A stretch of DNA of 64,000 nucleotides from an uncultured Alphaproteobacteria bacterium (GCA_963742375.1 CAVULP010000003.1:61420-125419); one strand, 5' to 3'. Counted from the first letter of the stretch, positions 46,923 through 58,887 are shown. The notes: generated by a model from the letters alone, not told the origin. Numbers and translations are program-made.

Positions 46923-47996
46923 CTAGGCCACCTGCGCCGCGGCGACGCCGGCGGTGGTGACTTCCGGATCGGTCTCCGACATCACCCGGTTGCGGCCGTG
47001 GCGCTTGGCGGCATAGAGGCAGCAGTCGGTGCGCTCGATGAAGCTCTGCGGGCTGTCGGGCTTGTGCAAGGTGGCGACGCCGATCGAAACCGTCACCCGG
47101 CCGAGATGCTCGCCGGTCGAGCGCTTCATCAGCTCCTTGGTCATGACGGCCCGGCGGATGTGGTCGGCGACCACCATCGCCGAGCGCAGCACGGTGTTGG
47201 GCAGGATGACGGCGAATTCCTCGCCGCCGTAGCGCGCGGCGGTGTCCTGGCCCTTGACGTTCTGCTTCACGGACGTGGCCACCAGGCGCAGCACCTGGTC
47301 GCCGGTCAAGTGACCGTAGCTGTCGTTGAAATTCTTGAAATGATCGATGTCGGTCATCATCAGCGACAGCGGCTCGTTCTTGGCGCGGGCGTCGGCGATG
47401 GCCGCTTCCAGCGTGTCGTCGAAGAATTTGCGGTTGGCGAGCTGGGTCAGCGGATCGGTCAGGCTCTCGTTGCGCACCACTTCGAGATTTTCCTGCAGCT
47501 CGGTGATCTCCTGCTTGGAGGCGTTGAGGCGCTCTTCCAGTTTCTGGTTGGAGACTTCCATTTCCTTGGCGGTATGCACCAGGCTTTCCACGATCGCGCG
47601 CAGACCCTCGCGGTCCTTCGATTGCGAGAGCTTCTCGCTCATGCCGGCGAGGCTTTCGGTGTAGCTGGTGGCGGAGCCGGCGGCGGCGTCGATCATCGCC
47701 ATGACCTGCTCGATTTCGCCCATCACCTGGCTGCCGACGGTGTCGATTTGCTGCGAAAGCCGGGTGGGCGACAGGAAGGTCGCGTAAATCTCCTCGAGTT
47801 CGGCGTCCGACAGCGCGCCGTTCGCTTTCAGCGTCTCGTTGATCTTCTGATTGAGCGAGGGCTGATAGCCGGTGGCGTAGGCGTACCAGATTTCATAATT
47901 TCGCGGGGTGGCCGGTTGGCGCAGCGCCTTGATCTGGCCGAGTGCGATCTCGGCGAACGCCATGGTGCGTTCATGTTCGTCGGCGGGCCCGGCCAT
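46923..47996 (-). CDS. Diguanylate cyclase (GGDEF domain)
   Basis: TDPLTQLANR, DIDHFKNFNDSYGH, RYGGEEF, with N-terminal coiled coil. Confidence 0.92.
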   Translation of the reverse strand: MAGPADEHERTMAFAEIALGQIKALRQPATPRNYEIWYAYATGYQPSLNQKINETLKANGALSDAELEEIYATFLSPTRLSQQIDTVGSQVMGEIEQVMAMIDAAAGSATSYTESLAGMSEKLSQSKDREGLRAIVESLVHTAKEMEVSNQKLEERLNASKQEITELQENLEVVRNESLTDPLTQLANRKFFDDTLEAAIADARAKNEPLSLMMTDIDHFKNFNDSYGHLTGDQVLRLVATSVKQNVKGQDTAARYGGEEFAVILPNTVLRSAMVVADHIRRAVMTKELMKRSTGEHLGRVTVSIGVATLHKPDSPQSFIERTDCCLYAAKRHGRNRVMSETDPEVTTAGVAAAQVA

Positions 47997-48142
47997 GGCG
48001 AATCCTCGTCCGCGCAGCCGTCCTGGCCACGCCTCCTCGGATGACGGTATTCGAGGGAGATGAATCGGCGGTAAATTCGCAACCGTCCGCGCCACAAAAT
48101 CCGCATGCGGCAGCGGTCTTGGGGGCCGAAAAGCCTTGCGTA

Positions 48143-49589
48143 TCAGGCCTTGGCGGGGACCGGGCGCAGCAGGAAGGCGGGCAAATGGCTGCCGTCGGCC
48201 TCTTCGGCGGGGGCTTGCTGCGGGCGCGGGCGGGGCGGCGGCTGGTCGCCGGCGCGGACCGGCTGGCTCGCTGCTGGTGGTGGCTTTCTTGCCGGTGCTG
48301 CGGGCGGGGCGGCGGCTGGTCGCCGGCGCGGACCGGCTGGCTCGCTTGCGTGGTGGCTTTCTTGCCGGTGCTGCGGGCGGCCGCCGCGGCCGCCACGGCG
48401 ATGACGGTCGCCGCGCGAGGGGCGTTCGCCTTCGGGGCGGCTTTCACGCGGCTCGGCCGGTGCCGGCAATTCGCCCATCCAGGGGATGGTCTGGCCGATC
48501 AGCCGCTCGATGGCGCCCACGGCCTTGCTGGTCGATCGGCGCCACGATGGTGATGGCGGTGCCGCTCAAGCCGGCGCGGCCGGTGCGGCCGATGCGGTGG
48601 ACGTAATCGTCGGGGTGATGCGGCACGTCGAAATTGAAGATGTGGCTGACCGCCGGGATATCGAGGCCGCGTGCGGCGACGTCGGACGCGATCAGCAGCT
48701 TGGCCTCGTCATTGCGGAAGGCATCGAGCGCGGCGGTGCGCGCCGACTGGTCCAGGTCGCCATGCAGCGCCACGGCATTGAACTTGTGGCGCAGCAGCGA
48801 GCGATGCAGCTGGGCCACTTCGCGCTTGCGGTTGCAGAACACGATGGCGTTCTTGAAGCCTTCGGCCGAACGGATCAGCCGCCGCAGCGTCTCGCGTTTT
48901 TCGGCCGGATCGCGGCCGGTTGCGACCAGCAGCTGAGTAATATTGGCGGCGGTGGTGGCCGGCTTGGAGACTTCCACGCGCACCGGATTGTGCAGGAAGG
49001 TGTCGGCGATGCGCTGGATTTCCGGCGGCATGGTGGCGGTGAAGAACAGCGTCTGCCGCGTGAACGGCACCAGCTTGCCGATGCGCTCGATGTCGGGGAT
49101 GAAGCCCATATCCAACATACGATCGGCTTCGTCGATCACCAGCAGCTCGACGCCGGACAGCAGCAGCCGCCCGCGCTCGGAATGGTCGAGCAAGCGGCCG
49201 GGCGTGGCAATCAACACGTCGACGCCGCGGGTGAGCTTGGCGTCCTGATCGCCGAACGACACGCCGCCGATAATCAGCGCGACGTTGAGCTTGTGGTTCT
49301 TGCCGTATTTCTCGAAATGCTCGACGACCTGGGCGGCCAGTTCGCGCGTCGGCTCGAGGATGAGCGTGCGCGGCATGCGCGCGCGCGCGCGGCCTTTTTC
49401 CAGCATGGTGAGCATCGGCAGCACGAAGGCGGCGGTCTTGCCGGTGCCGGTCTGCGCGATGCCGAGCACGTCGCGCCGCTGCAGCACGTACGGGATCGCT
49501 TGCTCTTGAATGGGGGTGGGGGTCTTGTAGCCGGCGGCTGTGATGGCGCCGAGCACTTTGTCGGACAGGCCGAGATGGGAAAAGGGCAT
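48143..49589 (-). CDS. DEAD-box RNA helicase (frameshifted near 3' end)
   Basis: Q motif, AQTGTGKT, PTRELA, DEAD, HRIGRTGR; C-terminus ...HLPAFLLRPV. Confidence 0.93.
48226..48380. repeat. Tandem duplication (~73-74 nt unit, about 2 copies) in the helicase C-terminal tail
   Basis: GGCTGGTCGCCGGCGCGGACCGGCTGGCTCGCT at 48240 and 48314; GCCGGTGCTGCGGGCGG at 48291 and 48364. Confidence 0.85.
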
Positions 49590-49767
49590 ATAACCTCAAA
49601 GTCCGCCCCCGCGGCGGACTGGAAATATGGTTGCTTTGCGCGGGGGAGCGGATCGAATCTTAGGCTCGATCCGTTTGTCGGAACATAGGCTTGAACGCCG
49701 CAAAGTCAATGCTTCGCAGCGCAATAAGTCATATAAATTCTTGAGGTTTTCGGCTTGCAAGGGTGAA

Positions 49768-50469
49768 ATGGCGCAATCTCTGCCGCTCGTTCTGGTGCCC
49801 GGTCTGCTGTGCAGCGCCAGGCTTTACGCGCCGCAGATCGCGGCGCTCTGGCCGTGCGGACCCGTGATGGTGGCCGATCACCGGCGCGATTCCGACATCG
49901 CGGCGACCGCCGCACGAATTTTGCGCGACGCGCCGCCACGCTTTGCGCTCGCCGGTCTGTCGTTCGGCGGCTACATCGCCTTCGCCATGCTGCGGCAGGC
50001 GCCCGAGCGCATCGCCAGACTGGCGTTGCTCGACACCTCGGCGCGCCCCGACACGCCCGAGCAGAGCGCCGGGCGCAAGACGCAAATTGAAATGGCGCAG
50101 TCGGGCCGCTTCGGCGAAATTCCCGCCATGGTGATCCCGCGCTTTCTGCATCGCAACCGCCAAAGCGATGGCGACATGACGGGACTTGTGCGCCAGATGT
50201 CGGCAGAGACCGGCCCCGACGCCTTCGTGCGGCAACTGCACGCGATCATGTCGCGGCCGGATTCGCGCCCGCTGCTGGGCTCGATCCGCTGCCCAACTCT
50301 GGTGCTGGTCGGCGATGGCGACCTCGCCACGCCGCCCGAGTTGAATAAGGAAATCGCCGACGGCATCGCCGGCGCGCGGCTGGTGGTCGTGCCGGATTGC
50401 GGGCATCTCTCCACCATCGAGCGGCCGGACGCGGTGAACGCGGCACTCGCCGAATGGCTGGAGAGATGA
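49768..50469 (+). CDS. Alpha/beta hydrolase
   Basis: LVPGLLC, GLSFGG nucleophile, GDGD, CGHLS. Confidence 0.88.
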   Translation: MAQSLPLVLVPGLLCSARLYAPQIAALWPCGPVMVADHRRDSDIAATAARILRDAPPRFALAGLSFGGYIAFAMLRQAPERIARLALLDTSARPDTPEQSAGRKTQIEMAQSGRFGEIPAMVIPRFLHRNRQSDGDMTGLVRQMSAETGPDAFVRQLHAIMSRPDSRPLLGSIRCPTLVLVGDGDLATPPELNKEIADGIAGARLVVVPDCGHLSTIERPDAVNAALAEWLER

Positions 50470-50509
50470 AACCTCGCGCGCATTTGCGCGTTGTTGTTGC
50501 GGGCGAACA

Positions 50510-51004
50510 ATGAACGATCGTCGCGACACTGCCGGCGTCATTGCACCGCCGCCGCTGCTGGCGGCGGGCGCGCTGGCGATCGGCTTGATCCTCGACCGCC
50601 TGCTGCCGGCCTATCTGCTCGGCGTGCTGCTGTCGGTTCCTGAGCGCATCGTCATCGGCGTGCTGCTGATGGCGGCTGGCGGCGCGCTTGGACTTGCCGC
50701 CGTGCGCGCCTTCCGCCAGGCGGGCACGCATGTCGAGCCCTGGAAGCCGTCGTCGGCTTTGGTCACGGCCGAGGTTTTCCGATGGCTGCGCAATCCGATG
50801 TATGCCGGCCTCATTTTGTTGCTGGCGGGCCTTGCCATCGCGATCGCGTCCGACTGGACGCTGGTGATGACGATTGTCCTGGTGCCGGTGCTGCATTTCG
50901 GCGTGGTCAAGCGCGAGGAGCGCTATCTCGAAACGAAATTCGGCGATGCCTATCGCAACTACAAGGCGCAGGTGCCGCGCTATGGCTGGCCGTCGCTCGA
51001 CTAG
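50510..51004 (+). CDS. Isoprenylcysteine carboxyl methyltransferase family membrane protein
   Basis: PPP motif, LRNPMY, REERYLETKFGDAY. Confidence 0.85.
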   Translation: MNDRRDTAGVIAPPPLLAAGALAIGLILDRLLPAYLLGVLLSVPERIVIGVLLMAAGGALGLAAVRAFRQAGTHVEPWKPSSALVTAEVFRWLRNPMYAGLILLLAGLAIAIASDWTLVMTIVLVPVLHFGVVKREERYLETKFGDAYRNYKAQVPRYGWPSLD

Positions 51005-51071
51005 GCCGCCGCTTTGCCTTTATGAAAGCGACCTCCTATAGAGGCCGCAGATTTCGCCGGGAGTGACAAAG

Positions 51072-52239
51072 ATGCGCACGCAGGTCGGCATTATCGGAGC
51101 CGGACCCGCCGGGCTGATGCTGGCGCGGCTGCTGCGCCTGCAAGGCATCGATTCGATCATCATCGAGAACCGCAGCCGCGACTACATCGAGAACCGCATC
51201 CGCGCCGGCCTGATCGAGCATTGGGCGGCCGATCTGTTGACCGAAGTCGGCGTCGGCGCGCGCATGCAGCGCGAAGGCATGCCGCATTGGGGCATCAATA
51301 TCGGCATCAACGGCGATCTGCACCGCATCGATTTCAAGGCACTGGTGAACAAGCGCGTCACCATTTACGGCCAGCAGGAAGTGGTGAAGGACCTGGTCAA
51401 GCGCAGGCTCGACGACGGCGGCGCGCTGCTGTTCGAGGTCGACGAGGTCAGCGTGCATGACGTCACCGGCGCGCGGCCGAAGATCCGTTTCACGCATGCC
51501 GGCCGCGTGCAGGAGATCGACTGCGATTTTCTGGGCGGCTGCGACGGCTTCCACGGCGTCTGCCGGCCGAGCATTCCCGACGGCGTGCTCAGCGTGTTCG
51601 AGCGCGACTATCCGTTCGGCTGGCTCGGCATCTTGTCGGAAAGCCCGCCGCCCGACCACGAGCTGATCTATTCCTATCACCGACCGCGGCTTTGCGCTCT
51701 ACACCATGCGCTCGCCGACGCTGTCGCGGCTTTACCTGCAATGCGGCCACGACGAGGAGATCGAAAGCTGGCCGGACGCGCGCATCTGGGATGAATTGCA
51801 CCAGCGGCTCGGCGGCGCGCGCAAGCTGCAGCAGGGCAACATGCTGCAGAAGGGCGTCACGCCGATGCGCAGCTTCGTGGTCGAGCCGATGCAATACGGA
51901 AAACTGTTCCTCGCCGGCGACAGCGCGCATATCGTGCCGCCGACCGGGGCCAAGGGCATGAACCTCGCCTTTGCCGACGTGGTGTATCTGTCGCGCGCGA
52001 TCACCGAATTCTACCAGCGCAAGCGCACCGATCTGTTGGAAAGCTATTCCGCCACCTGCCTCAAGCGGGTGTGGAAGGCGCAGCGCTTCTCCTGGTGGAT
52101 GACGCAGATCATGCACCGCTTTCCCAACGAGTCGGCCTTCGACCGGCGGCGCCAACTCGGCGATCTCGATTATCTGGTGAGTTCGGAATCGGCCATGCGT
52201 TCGCTGGCCGAGCAATATGTCGGGCTGCCGATGGATTAA
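51072..52239 (+). CDS. pobA: 4-hydroxybenzoate 3-monooxygenase (frameshifted)
   Basis: RTQVGIIGAGPAG, RIRAG, GCDGFHG, YPFGWLG, GDSAHIVPPTGAKG, WKAQRFSWWMT. Confidence 0.88.
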
Positions 52240-53598
52240 TCCTGCATGATGCCGCGCAGCGGGCGGGCAAGCAGCGCGATGCTCAAGCCCGCGGCGGCCG
52301 ATATCAGCGCCAGCAGCAGGAAGAAAGTCGGGCTTGCTCATGCTCGACCAGAAGGTGCCGAGGAAGCCGGCGAAAAAATTGCCGAAGAAGCTGGTCGCCA
52401 GCCACAGGCCCATCATCATCGACAGCAGGTGCACGGGCGCCACTTTGGTCACCCACGACAGGCTGGTGGGTGACAGATAAAGCTCGCCGACGGTGATGAC
52501 CACGAAGTAGGCGAACAGCCAGAGCCAGCTCGCTTGCCCGCTGCCGGTTGCGCGCGCGGCCGCAAACATGATCAGCCATGAGGCCGCGTTGAGGAACAGG
52601 CCGATCGACATTTTCACCACGGTCGACGGCTCGCGCGCGCCTTGCCGGCGCCAGAGCGCGACGATGAACGGCGTGAAGGCGAAAATCATGAACGGGTTGA
52701 GGGCCTGGAACCAGGTGACCGGGATTTCGAAACCGGCCGCGACGTGGCGGTCGGTGAAGTCGCTCGCCCACAGCACGATGGTGTTGCCCTGCTGCTCGTA
52801 GGTCGCCCAGAACAGGCTGACCGGCAGCATCAGCACGAGGATGGCGCCGATCGCCCGCCAATCGCGGCGGCTGAGCGGTTCCTGCGTCGCCGCGCGCTTG
52901 GCGAAGGCATCTCTCGGCAGCGTCGGTGTCGCCAGGAGGTAGATGACAAGGCCCGATGGTCATGCCGACGCCGGCGGCGGCAAAACCGTAGTGCCAGCCG
53001 TAGTCCTCGCCCAGCGTGCCGCACACCAGCGGCGAGAAGAACGCGCCGAGATTGATGCCGACATAGAAAATCGAGAAGGCGCGGTCGCGGCGGCGGTCGC
53101 CCGGCGCGTAAAGCGGCCGACTTGCGTGGAAATGTTCGGCTTGAAGCAGCCGCTGCCGAGAATGAGCAGCGTCAGCGCCAGCAGGAACAAATGCTCGAAG
53201 GCCATGGTGAAATGGCCGACCGCCATCAATGCTGCGCCGAGGATGACGGTGCGGCGCTGGCCGAGCACGCGGTCGGCCAAGAGCCCGCCGAAGATCGGCG
53301 TCAGATAAACGAGCCCGGTGTAGAAACCGTAGATCTGCGAGGCGAAGGGCTGCGTCGCCAGCGGGCCGAATACGGCTTCGAGCGCGCTTTTGAACGAGGC
53401 CAGCCCGAGCACGCGGCCGTCCTGCGCCGGCAACAGCAAATATTTGGTCATGTAGAGCACGAGCAGCGCGCGCATCCCGTAATAGGAGAAGCGCTCCCAC
53501 ATCTCGGTCGCGAACAGAAAGCCCAATGCCCGCGGATGGCCGAACAGATCGCGCGGCGCTCGCGGTCGATCGGCAGAGGTTGCGGAACCCGCGGTCAT
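52236..53598 (-). CDS. POT/PTR family peptide MFS transporter (frameshifted)
   Basis: [16 protein letters not shown] (ExxER), FKPNIS, EQQG, GELYLSP. Confidence 0.9.
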
Positions 53599-53719
53599 GC
53601 TGAATGCGTGGGCATTGCGCCGGCGACAATAGCATAGCGGCCCCGACCAAGGATGCATTGCTCAAGCGGTGCGCTCTGCTATGGTCGGTTGACGGGCGTT
53701 TAGTGGTGTCGGTGCGGTC

Positions 53720-54175
53720 ATGCGGTGGGTTGCGGTTCTCGTGCTTGCGGCGGCGATGGCCGCCGTCAACGCCGCAGCGTCGGCTGCTTCGAACGAGGAC
53801 TTGTTCAACCAGTTCGGCCTGTTCGGCACCTGGGCGAGCGATTGCGCGGCGCCCGCCTCGCCGGAAAACCCCCACGTCACCATCAGCCAGCCGAGCCCCG
53901 GCGTCATTCTCGAGGACCATCACCTCGGCGAGGCCTACGCCGTCAACCGCTACAGCGTGCTGGCGGCCGAAAAGCTGTCGGATACGCAGCTATCGGTCGT
54001 GGCGGTGTTCCAGCCCGGCACCGAAAACGACGAGCGCGAGACGTTGATTTTCGTGATCCGCGGCCACACGCGGCGCACGATGTTCAATCAGCCGGAGGGC
54101 GGGCCGGTGCGCGTCAAGGACGGCATTGCGCTCGCGCACGGCACCAAGACGCCGCTGCTGAAGAGGTGCGAGTAG
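53720..54175 (+). CDS. Secreted hypothetical protein
   Basis: Signal peptide; [10 protein letters not shown] motif and a C-terminal Cys. Confidence 0.65.
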   Translation: MRWVAVLVLAAAMAAVNAAASAASNEDLFNQFGLFGTWASDCAAPASPENPHVTISQPSPGVILEDHHLGEAYAVNRYSVLAAEKLSDTQLSVVAVFQPGTENDERETLIFVIRGHTRRTMFNQPEGGPVRVKDGIALAHGTKTPLLKRCE

Positions 54176-54181
54176 GGACGC

Positions 54182-56287
54182 TCACACGTCCAGCAATTCC
54201 TCTTTCGCGAACTGCGCGTGCTCCTGGATGAAGTCGAAGCGCGTTTCCGCCTTGGTGCCCATCAATTGCTCGACGAGCTTGGCGGTCGGCTTGCGTTCCT
54301 TGTCCGCCAGCATGACGCGCAGCAAAATGCGTTTTGACGGGTCCATGGTGGTTTCTTTCAGCTGCGCCGCCATCATCTCGCCCAGGCCCTTGAAGCGCGA
54401 GACCTCCACTTTGGCATTGGCGTGGAATTCCTTCTTCATGAGCGCGTCTTTGTGCTTGTCGTTGCGCGCATAGACGATCTTGCCGCCGTGCGAGAGGCGA
54501 AAGAGCGGCGGCACGGCGAGGTAGAGGTGGCCTTCGTCGATCAGCTTCGGCATCTGCCGGTAGAAGAAGGTAATCAACAGCGAGGCGATATGCGCGCCGT
54601 CGACGTCGGCGTCGGTCATGATGATGACCTTCTCGTAGCGCAGGTCCTTCTCGTGGTACTGCGCGGCCGTGCCGCAGCCGAGCGCCTGGATGAGATCGGC
54701 AAGTTGGGCGTTCTGCGCCAGCTTGTCCTTGCCGGCGGAGGCGACGTTCAAGATTTTTCCGCGCAGCGGCAGCACCGCCTGTGTGCGCCGGTCGCGCGCC
54801 TGCTTGGCCGAGCCGCCCGCTGAATCGCCTTCGACGATGAAAATCTCCGAACCTTCCGAGGCGGAATTGGTGCAGTCGGCGAGCTTGCCCGGCAGCCGCA
54901 GCTTGCGCACCGCGGTCTTGCGCGCGATGTCCTTTTCCTGGCGGCGGCGCAGGCGTTCCTCGGCGCGATCGACGACGAAATCCAGAAGCTTGCTGGCCTG
55001 CATCGGATTGGCGGCGAGCCAATGGTCGAACGGGTCCTTGATCGCCTGCTCGACGATGCGCTGGGCTTCGGCGGTGGCCAGCCGGTCCTTGGTCTGGCCC
55101 TGGAATTCCGGCTCGCGCACGAACACCGAGAGCATGCAGCCGGCGCCGGTCATCACGTCATCTGAGGTGACGGGAGCGGCGCGCTTGTCCTGGCCGACGC
55201 GGGCGGCGTGATCCTTCAGCCCGCGCAGCAGCGCCGAGCGCAAACCGGATTCATGCGTGCCGCCGTCCGGCGTCGGGATGGTGTTGCAGTAGGACTTGAG
55301 GAAGCCGTCGGTGTCGGCGGTCCAGGCCACCGCCCATTGCACCGCGCCGTGCGCGCCGACCTTGCCGTGCGTGCCGGAAAAGACGTCCGGATGCACCAGC
55401 GTCGCGCCGGCCAGCGTCTCCGACAGATAATCCTTCAGGCCATGCTCGAAATGGAAGGTGGCCTTCTCCGGCACGTCGGTTGTGCCCTTGAGCAGCGCCT
55501 TGTCGCAATGCCAGCGGATCTCGACGCCGCCGAACAGATAGGCCTTCGAGCGCGTCATCTGGAACACGCGCTCGGCCTTGAAGGCGGCCTTGGGTCCGAA
55601 GATTTGCGGATCGGGCCGGAAACGAATTTTGGTGCCGCGCCGGTTGGGCGCGCGCCCGACTTTTTCCAACTTGCCCTTCGGCTTGCCGCGCTCGAAGGCC
55701 ATGCGGTAGAGCGTCTGCTCGCGCGCGACCTCGACCTCCATGCGCTCCGACAGCGCGTTGGCGACCGAGACGCCGACGCCGTGCAGGCCGCCCGAGGTTT
55801 CGTAGACCTTGGAATCGAATTTGCCGCCGGCGTGCAGCATGCACATGATCACTTCCAGCGCCGATTTGCTCTTGAACTTGGGATGCGGATCGACCGGAAT
55901 GCCGCGGCCATTATCCGTGACACTGACGAAGCCGTTGGCCTCCATCTCGACTTCGATCCAGTCGGCGTGGCCGGCGAGCGCCTCGTCCATGGAATTGTCG
56001 ATCACCTCGGCGAACAGATGATGCAGCGCCTTCTCGTCGGTGCCGCCGATATACATGCCGGGGCGGCGGCGCACGGGCTCCAAGCCCTCCAGCACCTCGA
56101 TGTGCTTGGCGGTATAGCCGCTCTCGGCGGACGCCGTGCGCGTGGCTTTGCGCGCCGAGGCTTTCGGTGCTTTGCGCTGCGTGGGCTTGCGCGCGCGCGA
56201 TTTCGCCGCCGGCGCCGCCGCCCGTTTCGGGAGGTCGAACAGGTCGCGCTGGCGCGGCGGTTTTTTCTTGGTCGCGGATTTGGCCAT
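54182..56287 (-). CDS. parE: DNA topoisomerase IV subunit B
   Basis: EGLEPVRRRPGMYIG, EVIDNSMDE, VEGDSAGG, PLRGKILN, MTDADVDG, RFKGLGEM; no GyrB-type insertion. Confidence 0.93.
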   Translation of the reverse strand: MAKSATKKKPPRQRDLFDLPKRAAAPAAKSRARKPTQRKAPKASARKATRTASAESGYTAKHIEVLEGLEPVRRRPGMYIGGTDEKALHHLFAEVIDNSMDEALAGHADWIEVEMEANGFVSVTDNGRGIPVDPHPKFKSKSALEVIMCMLHAGGKFDSKVYETSGGLHGVGVSVANALSERMEVEVAREQTLYRMAFERGKPKGKLEKVGRAPNRRGTKIRFRPDPQIFGPKAAFKAERVFQMTRSKAYLFGGVEIRWHCDKALLKGTTDVPEKATFHFEHGLKDYLSETLAGATLVHPDVFSGTHGKVGAHGAVQWAVAWTADTDGFLKSYCNTIPTPDGGTHESGLRSALLRGLKDHAARVGQDKRAAPVTSDDVMTGAGCMLSVFVREPEFQGQTKDRLATAEAQRIVEQAIKDPFDHWLAANPMQASKLLDFVVDRAEERLRRRQEKDIARKTAVRKLRLPGKLADCTNSASEGSEIFIVEGDSAGGSAKQARDRRTQAVLPLRGKILNVASAGKDKLAQNAQLADLIQALGCGTAAQYHEKDLRYEKVIIMTDADVDGAHIASLLITFFYRQMPKLIDEGHLYLAVPPLFRLSHGGKIVYARNDKHKDALMKKEFHANAKVEVSRFKGLGEMMAAQLKETTMDPSKRILLRVMLADKERKPTAKLVEQLMGTKAETRFDFIQEHAQFAKEELLDV

Positions 56288-56527
56288 CAGAGGGTTCTCG
56301 ATAGGAATAAGGCGATTCGTCTGCCAGCCACTATGCCATGACAGTGGCGGCGGCGTGACCGTGCCTGCGGCCAAAACATGGCTTGTAGATGGTTCAAGGG
56401 CGGGGCTGGCGCCGGACCGGCGCCATTGCCGCGGGCTGTGGACAGTGGCGGGGTGCGCGCGCGCCGCGCCCCTGCTGGCATCAGCGCGGCGCTTGCGCTA
56501 GACCATTGCGCCGCCGGTTTTCTCCCA

Positions 56528-57058
56528 ATGCATATTCACGATATCGTCCAGCAACTCACCGACTTTGTGCGCGACCACGAGGTGTGGGCGGCGCCGGTGG
56601 TGTTCGCGCTGGCCTTTGGGGAATTGCTCGCCTTCATCTCGCTGCTGATCCCGGCATGGGGCGCGCTGGTGGCGATCGGCGCGCTGATCGGGCCGAGCGG
56701 CATCAATTTCTGGCCGGTCTGGATCGCCGGCTCGCTCGGCGCCGCGTTCGGCGACTGGCTGTCCTATTGGGTGGGCTTGAAGCTCGAACATTCGGTCGCG
56801 CATATCTGGCCGCTGTCGCGCCACCCTGACCTGATCCCGCGCGGCGAACGCTTCATGGAAAAATGGGGCATTCCCGGCATTTTCATCGGCCGTTTCTTCG
56901 GGCCGTTGCGCGCCTCGGTGCCGCTGGTCGCCGGCATTTTCGAGATGCCCTATTGGCGTTTTCAGTTCGCCAATTTCTTTTCCGCCTTTGTGTGGGCGGC
57001 GGTGCTGCTCACGCTCGGCGACGTCATCGAGCGCATCGTGAGCTGGGTGTGGCCATGA
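56528..57058 (+). CDS. DedA family membrane protein
   Basis: LLIP, GDWLSYWVG, IGRFFGPLR, VAGIFEM. Confidence 0.9.
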   Translation: MHIHDIVQQLTDFVRDHEVWAAPVVFALAFGELLAFISLLIPAWGALVAIGALIGPSGINFWPVWIAGSLGAAFGDWLSYWVGLKLEHSVAHIWPLSRHPDLIPRGERFMEKWGIPGIFIGRFFGPLRASVPLVAGIFEMPYWRFQFANFFSAFVWAAVLLTLGDVIERIVSWVWP

Positions 57059-57089
57059 AAAATCCGCCGGGAGCTTTCGTCCCGGCGGA
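57058..57089 (-). terminator. Intrinsic terminator between convergent genes
   Basis: Stem TCCGCCGGGA / TCCCGGCGGA preceded by AAAAA (U-tract on the minus strand). Confidence 0.65.
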
Positions 57090-57111
57090 ATTCGTCGTTA
57101 AAGCGTCAGCG

Positions 57112-57649
57112 TTATTTGAGGCCCGCGACGCCGGCCTGCGAGATCGTGTCGTCCTGCGCGCCGGTGCCGCCGCTGCAGCCGATGGCGCCGATGACCTTGC
57201 CGCCCACGACGATCGGATTGCCGCCGCGCGACATGATCGCGTCATCGAGTGTCGGCAGATAGGCGAAGAAGGCGCCCTTGCCGAGCAAGCGCTCGAACAC
57301 CAGCGGTCGGACGGCGATAGCGCGCCGCCGTGCGCGCCTTGTGCTGGGAGATCTGGATCGAGGCGTACTGGCAATTGTCCAGACGCTCGAAATAGACGAG
57401 GTCGCCGTGGGTGTCGACCACCGCGATGCACATGGTATTCCAATTCCGCTTCTTGGCGTCCGCAGCGGCGGCTGCGGCGACCTTCTTGGCGGTTTCCAGA
57501 TTGATCGGCTCGCCATAGGCCGGCGCATTCGACGCTTCCGGCATTTTTTCGTTCGGATTGTTCGGGTCGGGCGGCACCTGCGCGAAGGCGCCCGTGCTCA
57601 GCAGCAGCGCGGCGCATAGCGCGCCCGCCATCATAGTCAAACGACGCAT
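57112..57649 (-). CDS. GlcG/HbpS family heme-binding protein, secreted (frameshifted)
   Basis: Signal peptide, IAVVDTHG, KARTA, GGNPI...IGAIGCSG...QD; GGGAGG RBS. Confidence 0.85.
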
Positions 57650-57877
57650 TGTTTAATTCCTCCCAAGTGAGCGCCGGTCGTTGCCGGCATATTTGACCTG
57701 GCCATTTTGGCGCAGGGTCATTGTCGAGGCGGCAAGCTTATCGAACTGGCCGCCGCCGCCTATATGGGTTGCTCCGCGCGGCGGCGTATTGGAATATAGC
57801 GACCAAGTCGGGGTTTAACCCGGCAAAACGCCGGTCCACCTGGGGCGACCGGCGGTAACCCCAAGGGAGGACCGTAG

Positions 57878-58865
57878 ATGACGCATTTCACACGGCGCAA
57901 ATTATTCGCGACCGCCGCCGCCGCCACCGCGGCGACCGCGCTCACGCCGTTGCTCGGGCAGGCCGCCCGCGCCGCGGCACCCGCTGGCAAGGGCACCGGC
58001 GTCTACCGCTACAAGATGGGCGACTACGAGATCATCCAGCTGATGGACGGTGCGCGCACCTTCCCGATGCCGGATCACTTCGTTGTCAACGTCAGCAAGG
58101 ACGAGGCAATCAAGGCGGCCGCGGCCGCCTATATGCCGGACGGCAAGGTCACCATCCCGTTCAGCCCGATGCTGGTGAACACCGGCGGCAAGCTGGTCGC
58201 CATCGACACTGGCAACGGCCTCGGCGCCAATGCAGCGACGCAAGGGCGCAGTCGGCCAGGCCCGCCTCAACATGGAAGCGGCCGGCATCGATCCCAAGCA
58301 AGTCGATATCGTCATCATCTCGCATTTCCACGGCGACCATATCGGCGGCCTGAAGAACGCCGACGGCAGTCCGGCGTTCCCGAACGCCGAGATCAAGGTG
58401 CCGGCGGTTGAAGCCGGCTTTCTGGGGCGACGACGCCAATGTCGCCAAGGCCAACGGCTTCAACAAGGCGCAATTCCCCAACGTCAAGAAAATGATGGCC
58501 GGGTTGAAAGTGACGCGTTACGACGCCAACAAGGAAGTGGCGCCGGGCATTACCTCGATCTTCACGCCCGGCCACACGCCGGGGCATATGTCGTTCGTGG
58601 TGGCCTCGGGCGCCAAGAAGATGCTGGTGCAGTCGGACGTCTCAAATGTGCCCGTCGCTGTTCATGCAAGCATCCGACCTGGCAGGCCGTCTTCGACAAC
58701 GATCCGGCCCAGACCATCGAGACGCGCAAGAAGTTCTACGACATGGCGTCGGCGGAGAAGATGATCGTGTCGGGCTATCATTTCCCGTACCCGTGCGTCG
58801 GGCACGTGGAAAAGACCGCCAACGGGTTCGAGATGGTGCCGGTGGCTTGGGATCCGAACGGCTAA
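57878..58865 (+). CDS. MBL-fold metallo-hydrolase with Tat signal (frameshifted)
   Basis: TRRKLF twin-Arg signal, IDTG, SHFHGDHIGG, PGHTPGH, YHFPYP. Confidence 0.88.
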
Positions 58866-58887
58866 GACCGGACATCGTTCGCGACGG

